Shown here piece by piece: positions 24,901 through 37,325 of a stretch of DNA of 64,000 bases. The stretch's first letter is position 1. Every line of letters begins with the position of its first letter. The stretch is taken from NCBI RefSeq assembly GCF_001194135.2, contig NC_068997.1, positions 54,272,225 to 54,336,224 on the forward strand, given 5' to 3'. Under the pieces are notes generated by a model. That model did not search any database and was not told the origin of the DNA. It saw nothing but the letters and a program-made list of their open reading frames with translations. A program made the position numbers and the translations under genes. Source of the stretch: Octopus bimaculoides (Eukaryota).

Positions 24901-25149
24901 GTGCTGATATTTAATCTAAAGTATACAATTTTAAAACTCAAAACCGTATAATTGAAGGCGGATAAACATTATATAAATCCTACTTGACGCTATCTTTAAT
25001 AAAAATAGAGATTTATATTAAAACGTGAACGGTTTTGTTTTGCATTCGTTTTTTAGGTTTTGTTGCAAGTCTGTAGCACTTCACATTATTTCACACTGAC
25101 TTAACAATTTAAATAGCAATAAAAAGTAACTTTACCACAAAAATTGCAG

Positions 25150-26600
25150 CTAAATAATTTACTTGAAGTGAAACTCATCCCTATGACTTCTTTGGCAAAG
25201 TTTTTCCGTGAAAACCACTTAAAATAATTTCTCGCTTTTCCTCCATTATTTTCTTCGCCTGAGAACACACCAAGTTGTATTGTTCTTTTTTCGAATTTGA
25301 TTTTTCGTAGATATTTTTTATTGAATTGAAAGCAATAAAAGATCACTCAACAGTTTAAGGTATCTTTGAGAAATTTAAGACGAAATTTATTAGTTTATGT
25401 GCATTTGAAAGTCCCTTCATGCATTTCATTTTCTAATTGGTATTTAGAAAAACTCATCTCTGTTTGACTATAGTTTTGTAATTGGGAGCTAAGGCCAGTA
25501 AAAGGAAAACAAAATTTACTATAGAGATTCGAAAACTCTTTCTAGAAAAAGCATTAGAAGTCTTTTTTACAGTCTAAATTGTCGATGCGTTCCATATGTT
25601 TCAAGTACTAGCATTCTTGAGATGAAAGATTCATTCTTTTTCTAGAGAAAATGAGCACCACCGTTGTTATCAAACTTAGCTTCCTTCATCTCTTAAATTT
25701 TGGTGAAAGTTCTTTCAGCTGTAATAAAGCTAGAAGCAATATCCATACACTTTGAAGGCATTTCCTCAAAAATATGCACAGTGAATTGAAAAGAAAAAAC
25801 AAATGCTAGGAGATACTCGAAATGTCAAATGAAAGAATTCGAGACCGGTTGAAAATCAATTTGCTTCATTTTGCGTTTTATCTTCAAAACTAGAATTTTC
25901 CCGAATATTATGAAAGAGATGCTTTCTTTTTGTCTTATTCTCCTTTAACAATTTCAGCCAATTGCAACAACCAGTTCCATCTCGTTGGAGAATGTTTGAG
26001 AAATATTTCCCGCAATATCATAGAACAATGAAGATCTCTTTGTGGTGCTGTTAACAATAGCAAATAATTTATAGAATATTGGAAGAATATAATGTTTTGA
26101 GAAATGCGAAAGCAACTTGATTTTTTAAAAGAAAATGATTATATGTGAATAACGTTCGAGAATTAGTGCTTATGAAATCTGTAATTTTTTAATAACCACG
26201 ATAAAGTTTGCTTTCCATGGCAGCAGTATCGACGTACGATCGAGCAACTAATTTCCTTTAAAAAAACAAAAAAAACAAACAGCGTAGCTCATCTGGGTAC
26301 TTTATAGCTAAATGCGATGTCGGTTTAGCATCTCTATTTTCGCTAATGTAAGAATCTCCCAGAAATCTTTCACAAATTTACCATTTGTATTCTTGTAGCG
26401 AACGACAGATAATTTTGTCCATTAATATAGCAACAGGCATGCATTTGGAATCTCCCATTTAATTTGCTTAAAAAAATGGTATCATATGAAGGAACTGAGG
26501 AATTCTCTATAGTTGATGGCAACAGTAGCAGCAGGCTATAAATTATTTTGTAATTTTTCATCAAAATCACTGACACGGAAGGTAAACTCATTATAGTCTT
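25150..26600 (-). mobile_element. Degenerate hAT-superfamily transposase fossil (ZMYM1/DUF4371-like group)
   Basis: Minus strand, across frameshifts, reads LSVVRYKNTNGK/CERFLGDSYISENRDAK, KLVARSYVDTAAMES (cf. KLVAQSYDGAAVMSG), FYKLFAIVNSTTKRSSL, LKHSPTRWN and LERVF. TIRs were not found and ends are approximate. Confidence 0.75.
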
Positions 26601-27184
26601 CCTGTTTTCTGATAAATCACTTTCATTGAGACAAACTGCAAAACGTAGAGGATTCTAATTGGTCTTTATGATACGCGCACGCATACACACGTACATACAC
26701 ACATACGCACACATGCACGCACACATACAAACATATATACGTATATAAGCATATATACGATTGGATCTCCGTCGGTTTTGATAGAGATTCATTTGTTCTG
26801 TCAAGTGAATTTCTTACCCGTAAAATAAACCTGAAGGTGGCTGAATATTCCTCAGACATGTATGCCATTAACGTAATTCTCATACAGAATCAGTGTGGTA
26901 CAGTGTGTGACATATCTATGCCTTATATTTGCCCGAGATGCGAAGCAATAGAAGCGAACCTGGGACCTCGCTTGTTCCACAGTGAATTTCTTAAGCCCAA
27001 TTGGACACAAGAACAAGCATTCACACACAGATACACACGCATTTATGTATATACACACGTATATATACATTCATACACATTGTGTATGTGCATGTGTGTA
27101 TATATCTGTGCGACTGTGTGTGTATGTATATGTGTGTGTGTGTGAAACAAGATTCACTCCTCACTGGATCATAGATATAGTATA

Positions 27185-27352
27185 ATAGGGGCTGCAATAA
27201 GGGTGGAGCACTTGCAGAAAACTGCACTGCTTGGAACCGCTCGAATACTGCGGAAGGTGCTCGAAAAATAAGAGGTGTTACCTTAGTTCACTGGTAGTGA
27301 ACAGCTGACATCGTAGTACATCTCCAGCGTTAGAAGCTGTGCAAAGACAATG

Positions 27353-27398
<46 letters not shown>

Positions 27399-27413
27399 TA
27401 ATAATAATAATAA
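27185..27413 (+). mobile_element. R4/Dong-like non-LTR retrotransposon 3' end with (AAT)n tail
   Basis: IGAAIRVEHLQKTALLGTARILRKVLEK* (27185-27271) is the LQK..LLGT..ILR C-terminal motif of REL-endonuclease LINEs. An ~80-bp 3' UTR and (AAT)n follow, running into a gap. Confidence 0.8.
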
Positions 27414-28383
27414 NNNNNNNNNNNNNNNNNNNNNNNNNNNNNNNNNNNNNNNNNNNNNNNNNNNNNNNNNNNNNNNNNNNNNNNNNNNNNNNNNNNNNNN
27501 NNNNNNNNNNNNNNNNNNNNNNNNNNNNNNNNNNNNNNNNNNNNNNNNNNNNNNNNNNNNNNNNNNNNNNNNNNNNNNNNNNNNNNNNNNNNNNNNNNNN
27601 NNNNNNNNNNNNNNNNNNNNNNNNNNNNNNNNNNNNNNNNNNNNNNNNNNNNNNNNNNNNNNNNNNNNNNNNNNNNNNNNNNNNNNNNNNNNNNNNNNNN
27701 NNNNNNNNNNNNNNNNNNNNNNNNNNNNNNNNNNNNNNNNNNNNNNNNNNNNNNNNNNNNNNNNNNNNNNNNNNNNNNNNNNNNNNNNNNNNNNNNNNNN
27801 NNNNNNNNNNNNNNNNNNNNNNNNNNNNNNNNNNNNNNNNNNNNNNNNNNNNNNNNNNNNNNNNNNNNNNNNNNNNNNNNNNNNNNNNNNNNNNNNNNNN
27901 NNNNNNNNNNNNNNNNNNNNNNNNNNNNNNNNNNNNNNNNNNNNNNNNNNNNNNNNNNNNNNNNNNNNNNNNNNNNNNNNNNNNNNNNNNNNNNNNNNNN
28001 NNNNNNNNNNNNNNNNNNNNNNNNNNNNNNNNNNNNNNNNNNNNNNNNNNNNNNNNNNNNNNNNNNNNNNNNNNNNNNNNNNNNNNNNNNNNNNNNNNNN
28101 NNNNNNNNNNNNNNNNNNNNNNNNNNNNNNNNNNNNNNNNNNNNNNNNNNNNNNNNNNNNNNNNNNNNNNNNNNNNNNNNNNNNNNNNNNNNNNNNNNNN
28201 NNNNNNNNNNNNNNNNNNNNNNNNNNNNNNNNNNNNNNNNNNNNNNNNNNNNNNNNNNNNNNNNNNNNNNNNNNNNNNNNNNNNNNNNNNNNNNNNNNNN
28301 NNNNNNNNNNNNNNNNNNNNNNNNNNNNNNNNNNNNNNNNNNNNNNNNNNNNNNNNNNNNNNNNNNNNNNNNNNNNNNNNNNN

Positions 28384-28416
<33 letters not shown>

Positions 28417-29330
28417 ATACACAGATATGTATATACATGTATACACGTGTGTGTGTGTAACTGTATCCTATCTTCTGTCGGTTTCAGGTCAGTGCAGGTC
28501 ACCGCCCCTGATGAATGAAAATTTCAGAGCAGCGCAGTCCGGGGGAAACTAACATATTTTCTTCTCATTACTGTAATTGTAAACAATACGTGCGGTATGG
28601 CATCGTTCAACCGTCTAACCACACGTCTATGTCACACAACCATGCACATACGAACACACACGTACATACGCGAACGCACGCGCACAAACATATGCACAAA
28701 GGCACGTCTCTCTATCTCTTTCTTCCCTGCTGTCTCCCACCCTCTGCAGAAGTAGATGCGTATATATTCATTTATTTATTTGTACTTATACATGCATACA
28801 TACACTCACCCACGCATACATACACACATACATGCAGAAATATATACTTACATTTATGTATGTACATGTACATACAAACACACACACTCGAACGAGAGAT
28901 TGCATGTAGTTAGCTACAGATTTTTTTTATTGTATGTATTTATTTGGTTTGAATGACATGTTTTTGATGTTCGTCGGAGTTTTTACATGTGAACAGTTCT
29001 TCAGACGATAAAGAATGTTGATGGCGGGAAATCATGAAACTGTAAGAAATGTTTTACAGTTTTAGGAGTTTCTATCTTTGGAATCGGATTGCAAGAATTC
29101 ATAAAGAGTCATCGAAAATTATTCTGGCCTTTTGCGTTACGATTTCAAATGTAATTGTCATCAAGTTTACCTCCAATTCTTCTGGAATTGATAAATAAAA
29201 TAGCACTTTAAGATGATGGAGTGGTAGAAGCGTTGAAACGTGAGCAGGCGCCTGTTGGTATTTATTGCAGGTCTGTAAAATCTGGGTTCAAATCGCAGTG
29301 ATGGCTACTAATGTTATAGACTTATTCTAG

Positions 29331-29478
29331 ATTCCGGTTTTACACCAACAACAAATTGGATGATTCTAAGAGAGTTCACTCCGTTCGAAACAATTTGGAG
29401 CCTACACCTGGTTTCAGAATATCTTCCTTTCCCGCCTCTCAACAGTTTTCTTTGTTGTGACCCAGAGCTTTGCTCTTG
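29331..29478 (+). CDS. Candidate internal coding exon (148 nt), unknown gene; faint resemblance to the XRP2/TBCC-domain C-terminal segment
   Basis: gacttattctag|...|gtaaga. Only one frame is fully open: (D)SGFTPTTNWMILREFTPFETIWSLHLVSEYLPFPPLNSFLCCDPELCS. The other two frames contain TGA. Confidence 0.4.
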
Positions 29479-29617
29479 GTAAGAAACATACAAAATAGTT
29501 GAGCTGATGAAGAGGGACGAAATGTTCGTGGTTAGAGAGGACACAAGACCAGTCACATCAGATGCAAGAACCTAAAACGAATATATAACAACAAAAATAG
29601 CTCCATTTACTAAACTA

Positions 29618-29860
29618 GCAGTTCTCAACCGGGATTCATATGTTCCTTGGGGGACCAGACAAGATTTTATTGTTAAAAATCTATCTGCAACAACTTGCTT
29701 ATATTTCTACATTACACAAAATATTTTTTAATATTTTTTAATGCAATTTTTAATATTTAACTATAAAAACACAAAATAATTTTATTTACAGTGAGTTGCT
29801 ATGGAGATCCAGTAGAGCAAAATAGGAACCAAATGGGCCCATATGTGGAAAAATCCTTTT
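29618..29860. mobile_element. Truncated hAT-type (Charlie-like) MITE remnant
   Basis: It starts tagcagttctcaaccgggattcatatg (CAGTGGTTCTCAACC-like TIR). A related fragment lies at ~19190-19330. The right TIR is not intact. Confidence 0.4.
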
Positions 29861-30730
29861 ACACATGCGTGCGCATGTAACTAAACACTCAACCACAAAC
29901 TTAGGTATGACTAAGGAAACATATGCGGATCTCGATGTCTCTCAAGATAAATAGTGAAAGAGTAATTATATCTCTCGCATTTAAAATGTTTTGATAATGT
30001 AAATTTGTTTTCTTCGTCTGTCTGTTAGTCTGTGAGTCTGTATAGGAAATGTTTTCATAATATAGATTTGTTTTCTATGTTTGTCCGTCTGCCAATATCG
30101 AACTACTGGTAGTTGGATGCGGCGGTTGTTTTGTTAACCGTGCGATTCTGGAGAACGTCTTTTGCCATTATATATATTATACATGAAATATACATTTTTT
30201 TCTTCAATCAATACATGTTTGTTTGTTTGCTTTTCTTTTCTTTATCACATACATCGGGCAATCATAAAAAAGACATCGCGAAACAATTAAGGAAATCATA
30301 ACGAAAAATAACTTTTTATCATTATCTTTGGTTTTTTTTTCGAGACAGATTGATGGCTTACATGTGTTAGAATCAAACAGAAATCAGGAACCAAAAATCA
30401 ATGAGCACCTTATGGCGTTATCTTTACAAAATGGCTTTAAAGAATGGTATCATAGGATTATTTACAGAAATCAATCAATATTGATAATGTTTTAAATTCC
30501 AGACACACACCAATGGGTGTAGACCAAGAAATATACATAGATATGTATGTATGTCCGTGAGCATACATATAATACGTGTATGTGTGTTTATGTGTCTCTG
30601 TGTGTACATATATTTACACATTTATGAATAAGCATATAACTATAAATATATACATATATAAATATAACTATATAGATATATTTATGCATATATATATATA
30701 TATAACTATATATATATTTATATATAATAT

Positions 30731-30836
<106 letters not shown>

Positions 30837-31193
30837 CTATACATATATATATTTATATATAATATCTATCTATATATATATTTTTATACATGCATATATA
30901 TATGCATATATGTATATGTGTGTGTGTAAATATGTATGTATGTGTGTATGTTTATATATGTATATGTTTGAAAAATATTTATCGTTTAAATTACACGTAT
31001 ATGGTGTAAACGTGTACGTGTGGGAGTTTAAGTATAAATTTGTATATGTGCGTGTACACGTGTGAGAGAATGGCTGTATATGTGTGCGTGGATCTGTGTA
31101 TATGTATGGTTTGCCATCTAAGAGTATATATTTTGGACACGTATACGTAATTTTTTCATGTATATTCGTGAATGTATGTTTGTGTATCTCTCA

Positions 31194-31242
<49 letters not shown>

Positions 31243-31799
31243 TATGTATGTATATGTGTATAAATGTATATACATATATATGCTTATAGACAGATTGAGA
31301 GATAGACAATCAGATAGATACATACTTACACAGATACATATATACATACATACACACACACACATATATATATATACATGCATACATACATACACACATA
31401 CATATAATATATACACACGTATACCTACTTGCAGAGTCACGTGACTACAACATCCACCCATGCATACACCTTTTCCCTATTGATTATTTTGTGATCATCG
31501 ATAGAAATCTATTAAACAGTTTGTTGAGTGGCAGAGACCAGAAGACAGTTTTTATCGTCTCCAGATAAATAGAAAGGAAAATAGGTAACGCTAGAAATAA
31601 AAACAAAAATAAACACAACGAAAAAACACCTAAACTATAACTATACGATACTACAACTACCACAACTACAAATACTACAACTTCTACAACAACTACTGCT
31701 GCTGCTGCTTCTGAAAATTGTAAGAATAATTATTTCTATTATAGGCACAACGCCTGAATTTCGTTGCAGGGGCTAGTCATAAATAATTATGAAAGTAAT

Positions 31800-32019
31800 C
31801 CTTTCTTCTATAAGCACAAGGCCTGCAAATTTGTGGGCGGGGGGAGGGGACTAGTCAATGCCATCAACCTCAGTGTTTCATTGGTACTTAATTTGTCGAC
31901 CGTGAAAGGATGAAAACAAAGTCGACCTCGGCGGAATTTGAACTCGGAACGTAGCGGCAGACGAAATGTCGCTGAGTATTTCACCCGACATGCTAACGAT
32001 TCTGACAGATCGGCGCCTT
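31800..32019 (-). mobile_element. SINE family B, full length
   Basis: ...gcacaaggcctgcaaatt...ggtacttaatttgtcgacc...aaagtcgacctcggcggaatttgaactcggaacgtag...catgctaacgattctgacagatcggcgcctt. Confidence 0.9.
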
Positions 32020-32094
32020 ATATATACAAAAACATAATTGTAATAATAATCCTTCCTATGCACAAGGACAGGAATTTTTTATTTTTTTTTAGAG

Positions 32095-32230
32095 GTGGGA
32101 GGATCAGAGGAGAATGTTATCGCAGGGTAAGGGCAATACTCAAAACAGAGCTGAATGCAAGAAACAGGATCGAAGCAATCAATACTTTAGCCATACCAGT
32201 CGTGACTTAGGGTTTCAATATTATTTTAAC
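32095..32230 (+). mobile_element. R4/Dong-like LINE internal fragment (end of RT region)
   Basis: RIRGECYRRVRAILKTELNARNRIEAINTLAIPVVT*GFNII matches the Y.RR.R.IL.S.LN..NK..AIN..A.PV..YSF pattern of R4-clade ORFs. Confidence 0.75.
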
Positions 32231-33968
32231 ATGGCTGTCCAAGATCAGAACTTATTGTTATAAAGTATACTTAAACAGTAAAAGATGGCAGGCACGTTGG
32301 AGCGTAGAATGAATAGATTAAAGTGTGCAAAGGTGAACCCTGTCTCGTCGAGTTCAAAACCACTCAGCACTTGAAATAATTTACACGCCAGATGTTGGTA
32401 GAGGCCTTGTGTCTTAACTCAAAGGTTGCAAATCACCAATGTCATGTGTGTGTGTCTGTGTGTGAGCATGCGAGCGCATGTATGCGCTTGTGTATGTGTT
32501 TATGTATATACATATATTTTATATGTGTGTGTGTGCGCGTGCGTATGTGTGCAATTGTGTGTATGTGTATATATGTATATACATTTTTATGTGTGTGTGT
32601 GTGTGTGATTACAAAATAGAGCATTTGTTGTAATATTTAGCAGCCTCAACTTTCGTGTGTTTCAGTAATAATAACTACTATATAAGAAAAGAAATTTATA
32701 AACAGATGTTATCATCAAATATTCAGAGACCGTATTACAAACATAAATAACTTTTAAAATTTATAATTGACATCGGACGGTTTCGTGGCATGAGTTAAAA
32801 TTACAATTGTGTTTCATGAGTCAAATTATCAATTGAAATGCTAGAAGTAAAAGAAGAGCATTATTTACTGATCGTAGCAATGAAGAAATTAAGTACTTTT
32901 TGTCTCCATTGTGTCTTTGTTAATTGAGTACAGATAACGCTATCAGATTTCAAGTCTCATAACAGAACAATCCTACATTTTATTAACTGACAGCTTATCG
33001 ATAATTAACATTAATCTTCGTGGATACGTATGTATGTATGTATGTGTATATATATATGAACAACCATGTTAGTTTGTTGGGGTGTTTGTCATATTGCTTT
33101 GTATGTATTTCGATTCTTTGTGTTCTGAGTTCAAATTTAGCCTCAAATTCTGGTCTCCATGAGATGAGAATTGAGGTCCTCGGGATCCGGGTTATGAATG
33201 TAGTCCTCCAACATAACAAACACGTAGATGTCAACTGCACCAACATCTTGTTCTCATCTGCCTAGAAATGGCAAAAGCCAATAGGAGTAAGTTGAGCCAA
33301 AGTAAAATATTTATCGCATTAGCGGACACACCAAACGCACATGTGTCAGAAAGTCCTCCTGGATGCTATGTGCCAAGTTGGGCTTTTCCTAAGCTACTAA
33401 TTCCTGAATCTGCGCTGCTCAATTAGGGTACGTCTAATATTTCTGTACCTCTTTTTTTGCCATCAGATAAAGTTGCGATTTCTAGTATAGAGTCAAGGTA
33501 CAGATATTGGGAAAGAGGAGTATATCGAATAGATCAACCCTGGTTCCAACTTTAGTGACCGGTGTCGAACTTGGCAGAGTGCTGTAACGGCTGGATACGT
33601 CTTCGTCTAATCTTGTGTGAGTTGCAGTAAACTGCGACAAAATGGAGACGGAATCATGTACAACGTCAGATTTCTATTATTCGTCACACTCTTCTAGATT
33701 ATTCTACATTTTTTACTGCATCTTCAGAGTTATATACGCTTCTCATGATTTCAACTTACATAAGTATAGGTGTGTGTGTGTGTGTGTGTATGTGTGTTTG
33801 TGTGTGTGTACGTGTATTCAAACACACACACGCACACACCTTATATATATATATATATATATATAATACACATGTGTGTATATTATATATGAACATGTAT
33901 GCATACGTATGAATATAACCACGCACTCACATGCAGGCACAAACTTATATACATGCATATACATATAC

Positions 33969-34024
<56 letters not shown>

Positions 34025-34526
34025 CATACACATACACATGCATAAAAATATATGTACACATACACATACACGTATATATATATATATTCATAAACATATA
34101 TGTATGCATAAATGTATTTCTATATACAGAGAGCAAGAGAAAAGAGGAATGAGAGAGATAATGAGAGAGAGATTGAGAGAGAGATAGACACGTAAGTATT
34201 TTGCTGTAAAAGGAGCCAGCCCTGGGAATATTAGAATGTCTCATTGAGTTTTTATTCCATTTATGTTTATCCATGCAGAAGATAGATAAGTTATTCTTAA
34301 CGTCACCTGAATAAAGAGGTTTACTTTGATAACAATAGTAATAATAGAAGTAATAACGACATTGTGATAGCTTGCAGGAGAGCGGCGGCGGCGGCGGTGG
34401 TGGTGAGGGAGGGAGGGAGGTGTTGGTGAAGGCATCCTGTGTAGGAGTATGGGAGAAGCAGAAAATGAATAAAAGAGGTAAAAATGAATCTGAGGCAGAA
34501 GGAAATTCAATATTAATACATTTCTG

Positions 34527-34587
34527 CAATAATAATAATAATGATGATGATGATGATAATAATAATAATAATAATAACAACAACAAC

Positions 34588-34619
<32 letters not shown>

Positions 34620-34634
34620 CAATAATAATAATAA

Positions 34635-34665
<31 letters not shown>

Positions 34666-34706
34666 AAGAAGATGATGATGATGATGATGATGAAGAAGAA
34701 GAAGAA

Positions 34707-34753
<47 letters not shown>

Positions 34754-34872
34754 AGAAGAAGAAGAAGAAGAAGAAGAAGAAGAAGAAGAAGAAGAAGAAG
34801 AAGAAGAAGAAGAAGAAGAAGAAGAAGAAGAAGAAGAAGAAGAAGAAGAAAAAGAAGAAGAAGAAGAAGAAT
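34527..34872. repeat. Long compound trinucleotide array AAT/GAT/AAC/ACC/AAG, ending in ~65 AAG units
   Basis: Direct inspection. It is the source of the poly-K and poly-S ORFs. Confidence 0.95.
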
Positions 34873-35445
34873 GATATTTAATAGCATCATATTTGCTCTT
34901 CATCGCTTGAGATATATTTCTCTCTAAACACGAGTACTGGGTACATCTTGGAAATTACTCACAACCGTTCTGAAGGGTAATACTGTTGTTGAAGGTTAAC
35001 ATAAATATCTTAGGGTTAAAAAATTTTGAGGGACAATGCTTTAATTATATTTACAGATCCTAGCAAAACTCCTCGAACGTGCAAATATCCATTTTCATAG
35101 GTAATCTGTCCATGTCTAAAGCGGTTATATTTCATTCCGATTATTATGAATGGCATGAAAGATCCATTCCCTTATTGGCATAATGTATTTCTTTTTCTTT
35201 TAAGCATATTTTAGTATATTTCATTATCTTTTCAGATCCTTGGAATACATTTGTGGAGGCATTTCTTTATTGCTCTGTTAGGAGTTAGAGCACAATTACC
35301 ATTTTTTTTATTATAGAGAACGAAGGCTCACACATATATATAATAGAGAAATATATGTGTAAGTTTCTAATATAAATAATGAAATTGGGACATTACGGAG
35401 ATGTACTTGCATAGCAAGTGACCTGATCTGAGATCGTATGCTGAA

Positions 35446-35687
35446 ACAAAAATAATTGCTGCGTGGAAAGTGTTTACAAGCCATTTAGAAACACACAATA
35501 AACCGTTTGATTCACTTCAACATTTAAATTTAATTAGTCAAAATATTTTCGTCGCCTTGAGACCGCGACCTGTTCACTGTCAATATTCCACGGAATATTT
35601 TGACTAATTAAATTTAAATGTCGAATCAAACGGTTTTTATGTGTTTTTAATTAGCCTGAAACACCTTCCACGCTGCAATTGTTTTTG
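35446..35687. repeat. Long imperfect inverted repeat (arms ~35446-35548 and ~35593-35687, ~45-bp spacer)
   Basis: caaaaataattgctgcgtggaaagtgtttacaagccatttagaaacacac..aaaccgtttgattc..catttaaatttaattagtcaaaatatt is complementary to aatattttgactaattaaatttaaatg..gaatcaaacggttttt..atgtgtttttaattagcctgaaacaccttccacgctgcaattgtttttg. Confidence 0.9.
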
Positions 35688-35920
35688 AAATCGGGACAGA
35701 GTGACAGCAAAATAATTTTCATAAAAAAAAACCAAAGAAAACCTACAAGTAAATGCCGACATACGTCCAAGTCCGAACGGTGTGTCGGACAAGTGAAGAT
35801 AGTACGTAAAGTGAGTTTATCGAAAACTCGAAAACCAATCTGCTTCTGTAATGGCTAGAAACTTTCAAGTTGTTTGACGCTCACCTTTAAGTGTTAGTAA
35901 TCTACAATTTCTAAGATGGA

Positions 35921-35998
35921 ACAGTAATCTTTGATTAGTCTTCATAACAGTAATCTCTGATTAGCCTTCATAGCAGCAGTCTCTGATTCGTCTTCATT
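35921..35998. repeat. 26-bp minisatellite, 3 copies
   Basis: acagtaatctttgattagtcttcata / acagtaatctctgattagccttcata / gcagcagtctctgattcgtcttcatt. Confidence 0.85.
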
Positions 35999-36729
35999 TA
36001 ATTGATTAATCAGGAATTCGAATAAAATCAGAGAAGTTAAGACTTTAATGAAAGCCTTCTTCACTTCAAACCGATATCAAGATTTTCAATTTACTTCTGT
36101 TACTGACTAAATTCTACAAACTGAGACAAAAAAAGTTATTTGTTCCACCTTCCTTCTTGTAATTATAAATAAATTTCTAAGAACTTGGTAAATATTTTCA
36201 CTGATATATACCAGTTTTATCTATCTTTTAGTTTTTGTAATTGGAATTGTATTCTATATTATCGGATTTTTAAGAATTCTACTAATTCTCGAAGAAGCTT
36301 AATAAATTGTATTCGGGAAATTCGGTTATTATATTTAGCTGATTCCTTCAAAATGTCTGATTATAAGTTCTCTTTAAAAAACTAAAAATCTCATTAGTAA
36401 GATTCAAGTTGAAAAATTAGATGTACAAATATCCGTAACTTGCTTCTTATGCATAAAATAAAAATGTAATGAAAGCAGAGAACTTCTTATAAAGCGAGGA
36501 GAGAAAAGTTTAATAGCCTTTTCATATTTCAGACAAAAATGCACATCTTTAGAAGAGAACGGATTAAAAATGTTAGTCTATGCATTTACGGCACTGTTTC
36601 TTTATTCCGTTTACCTTTGATGATGGGCTTTTGTGCCTAAGATGTATAAAAGCTATTGAAATTTTCTGTTTTCAATTTATAAGGAATCTTCCATTACCAT
36701 TATTCTGTTATTTTCCTTCTTTATCACAG

Positions 36730-36820
36730 TGCCTTAAGCGAGTTGAAACGCTCTTCAACTTTCTTCGGTTGTTCCGACTTGCGGCTTAGCAGAGCCTTGA
36801 AAACGGAAGGTCTTTCACCA
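36730..36820 (+). CDS. Candidate internal coding exon (91 nt), unknown gene
   Basis: It has a strong polypyrimidine acceptor (ttttccttctttatcacag|) and a CCA|gtaaac donor. The open frame ALSELKRSSTFFGCSDLRLSRALKTEGLSP is phase-compatible with the 29331-29478 exon (TG|T = Cys). Confidence 0.3.
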
Positions 36821-37107
36821 GTAAACGTCACTTAGCTGTGTATATCGTGACATTCTAAGTCCAATGTATACATCGCTCGTTGTAATGTTAAAACGTAATT
36901 TGATAGGGATCTGACAACTATTTCTGTCACATCGATCAACCACTTAGAGGCTCTTACGTTGGTTTCTATGCTGTTTATGTTTCGTATTGCCGCATAATTT
37001 AGGAAGAATTATAACTTTAGCGAATGATACTAAGGCTATATTTCTTCAGATAATTTTTAATGAAGCTTTTCTCTGTATTTAGGATAAGTAAAGTTGTTAT
37101 TGTTGCT

Positions 37108-37325
37108 AAGGCGGTGAGATGACGGAATCGTTACCTCACCGAACAAAATGCTTAGCGGCATTTCATCCGTCCTTACGTTCTGAATTTAAATTCCGCTGAG
37201 TGCCATTGTGCCTTTCATTCTTTCTGAGTCGATTAAATAAGCACCAGCCGAGCACGGGGTTCGATCTAATCACCTAGAACCCACCCACAAAATGTTCAAG
37301 TCTTGTGTCCATAGTTGAAAAGATT
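37108..37325 (+). mobile_element. SINE family B, full length
   Basis: aaggcggtgagatgacggaatcgtt...aaatgcttagcggcatttc...ttctgaatttaaattccgc...gtcttgtgtccatagttgaaaagatt. Confidence 0.85.

Noticed and set aside
26255-26620. Strong splice-like sites around 26255 (-) and 26397 (+)
   Set aside because: They lie within the hAT transposase fossil; the T-run looks like a poly-A insertion or slippage.
28515-28550. CUGAUGA...GAAAC at 28519
   Set aside because: The intervening bases cannot form stem II, and there is no GUH or stem I closure.
29500-29530. gctgatgaagagggacgaaatgttc hammerhead-like string
   Set aside because: Stem II is too short and unpaired and stem III is absent.
34372-34881. Poly-G/N/K ORF, and the antisense poly-S ORF
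   Set aside because: Trinucleotide microsatellite artefact.
35057-35330. Two AG-bounded segments reading ILAKLLERANIHFHR|SLEYICGGISLLLC*
   Set aside because: They are short, hit a stop early and are phase-incompatible with neighbouring candidates; this is within chance.
35921-35998. Regularly spaced repeats as a possible CRISPR-like array
   Set aside because: The units are contiguous tandem copies without unique spacers, in a eukaryotic context with no cas genes.
36050-36370. Minus frame that looked protein-like if TAA is read as Gln
   Set aside because: About 8-9 stops in ~100 codons is what random AT-rich DNA gives; the K/I/F/L-rich look is compositional.
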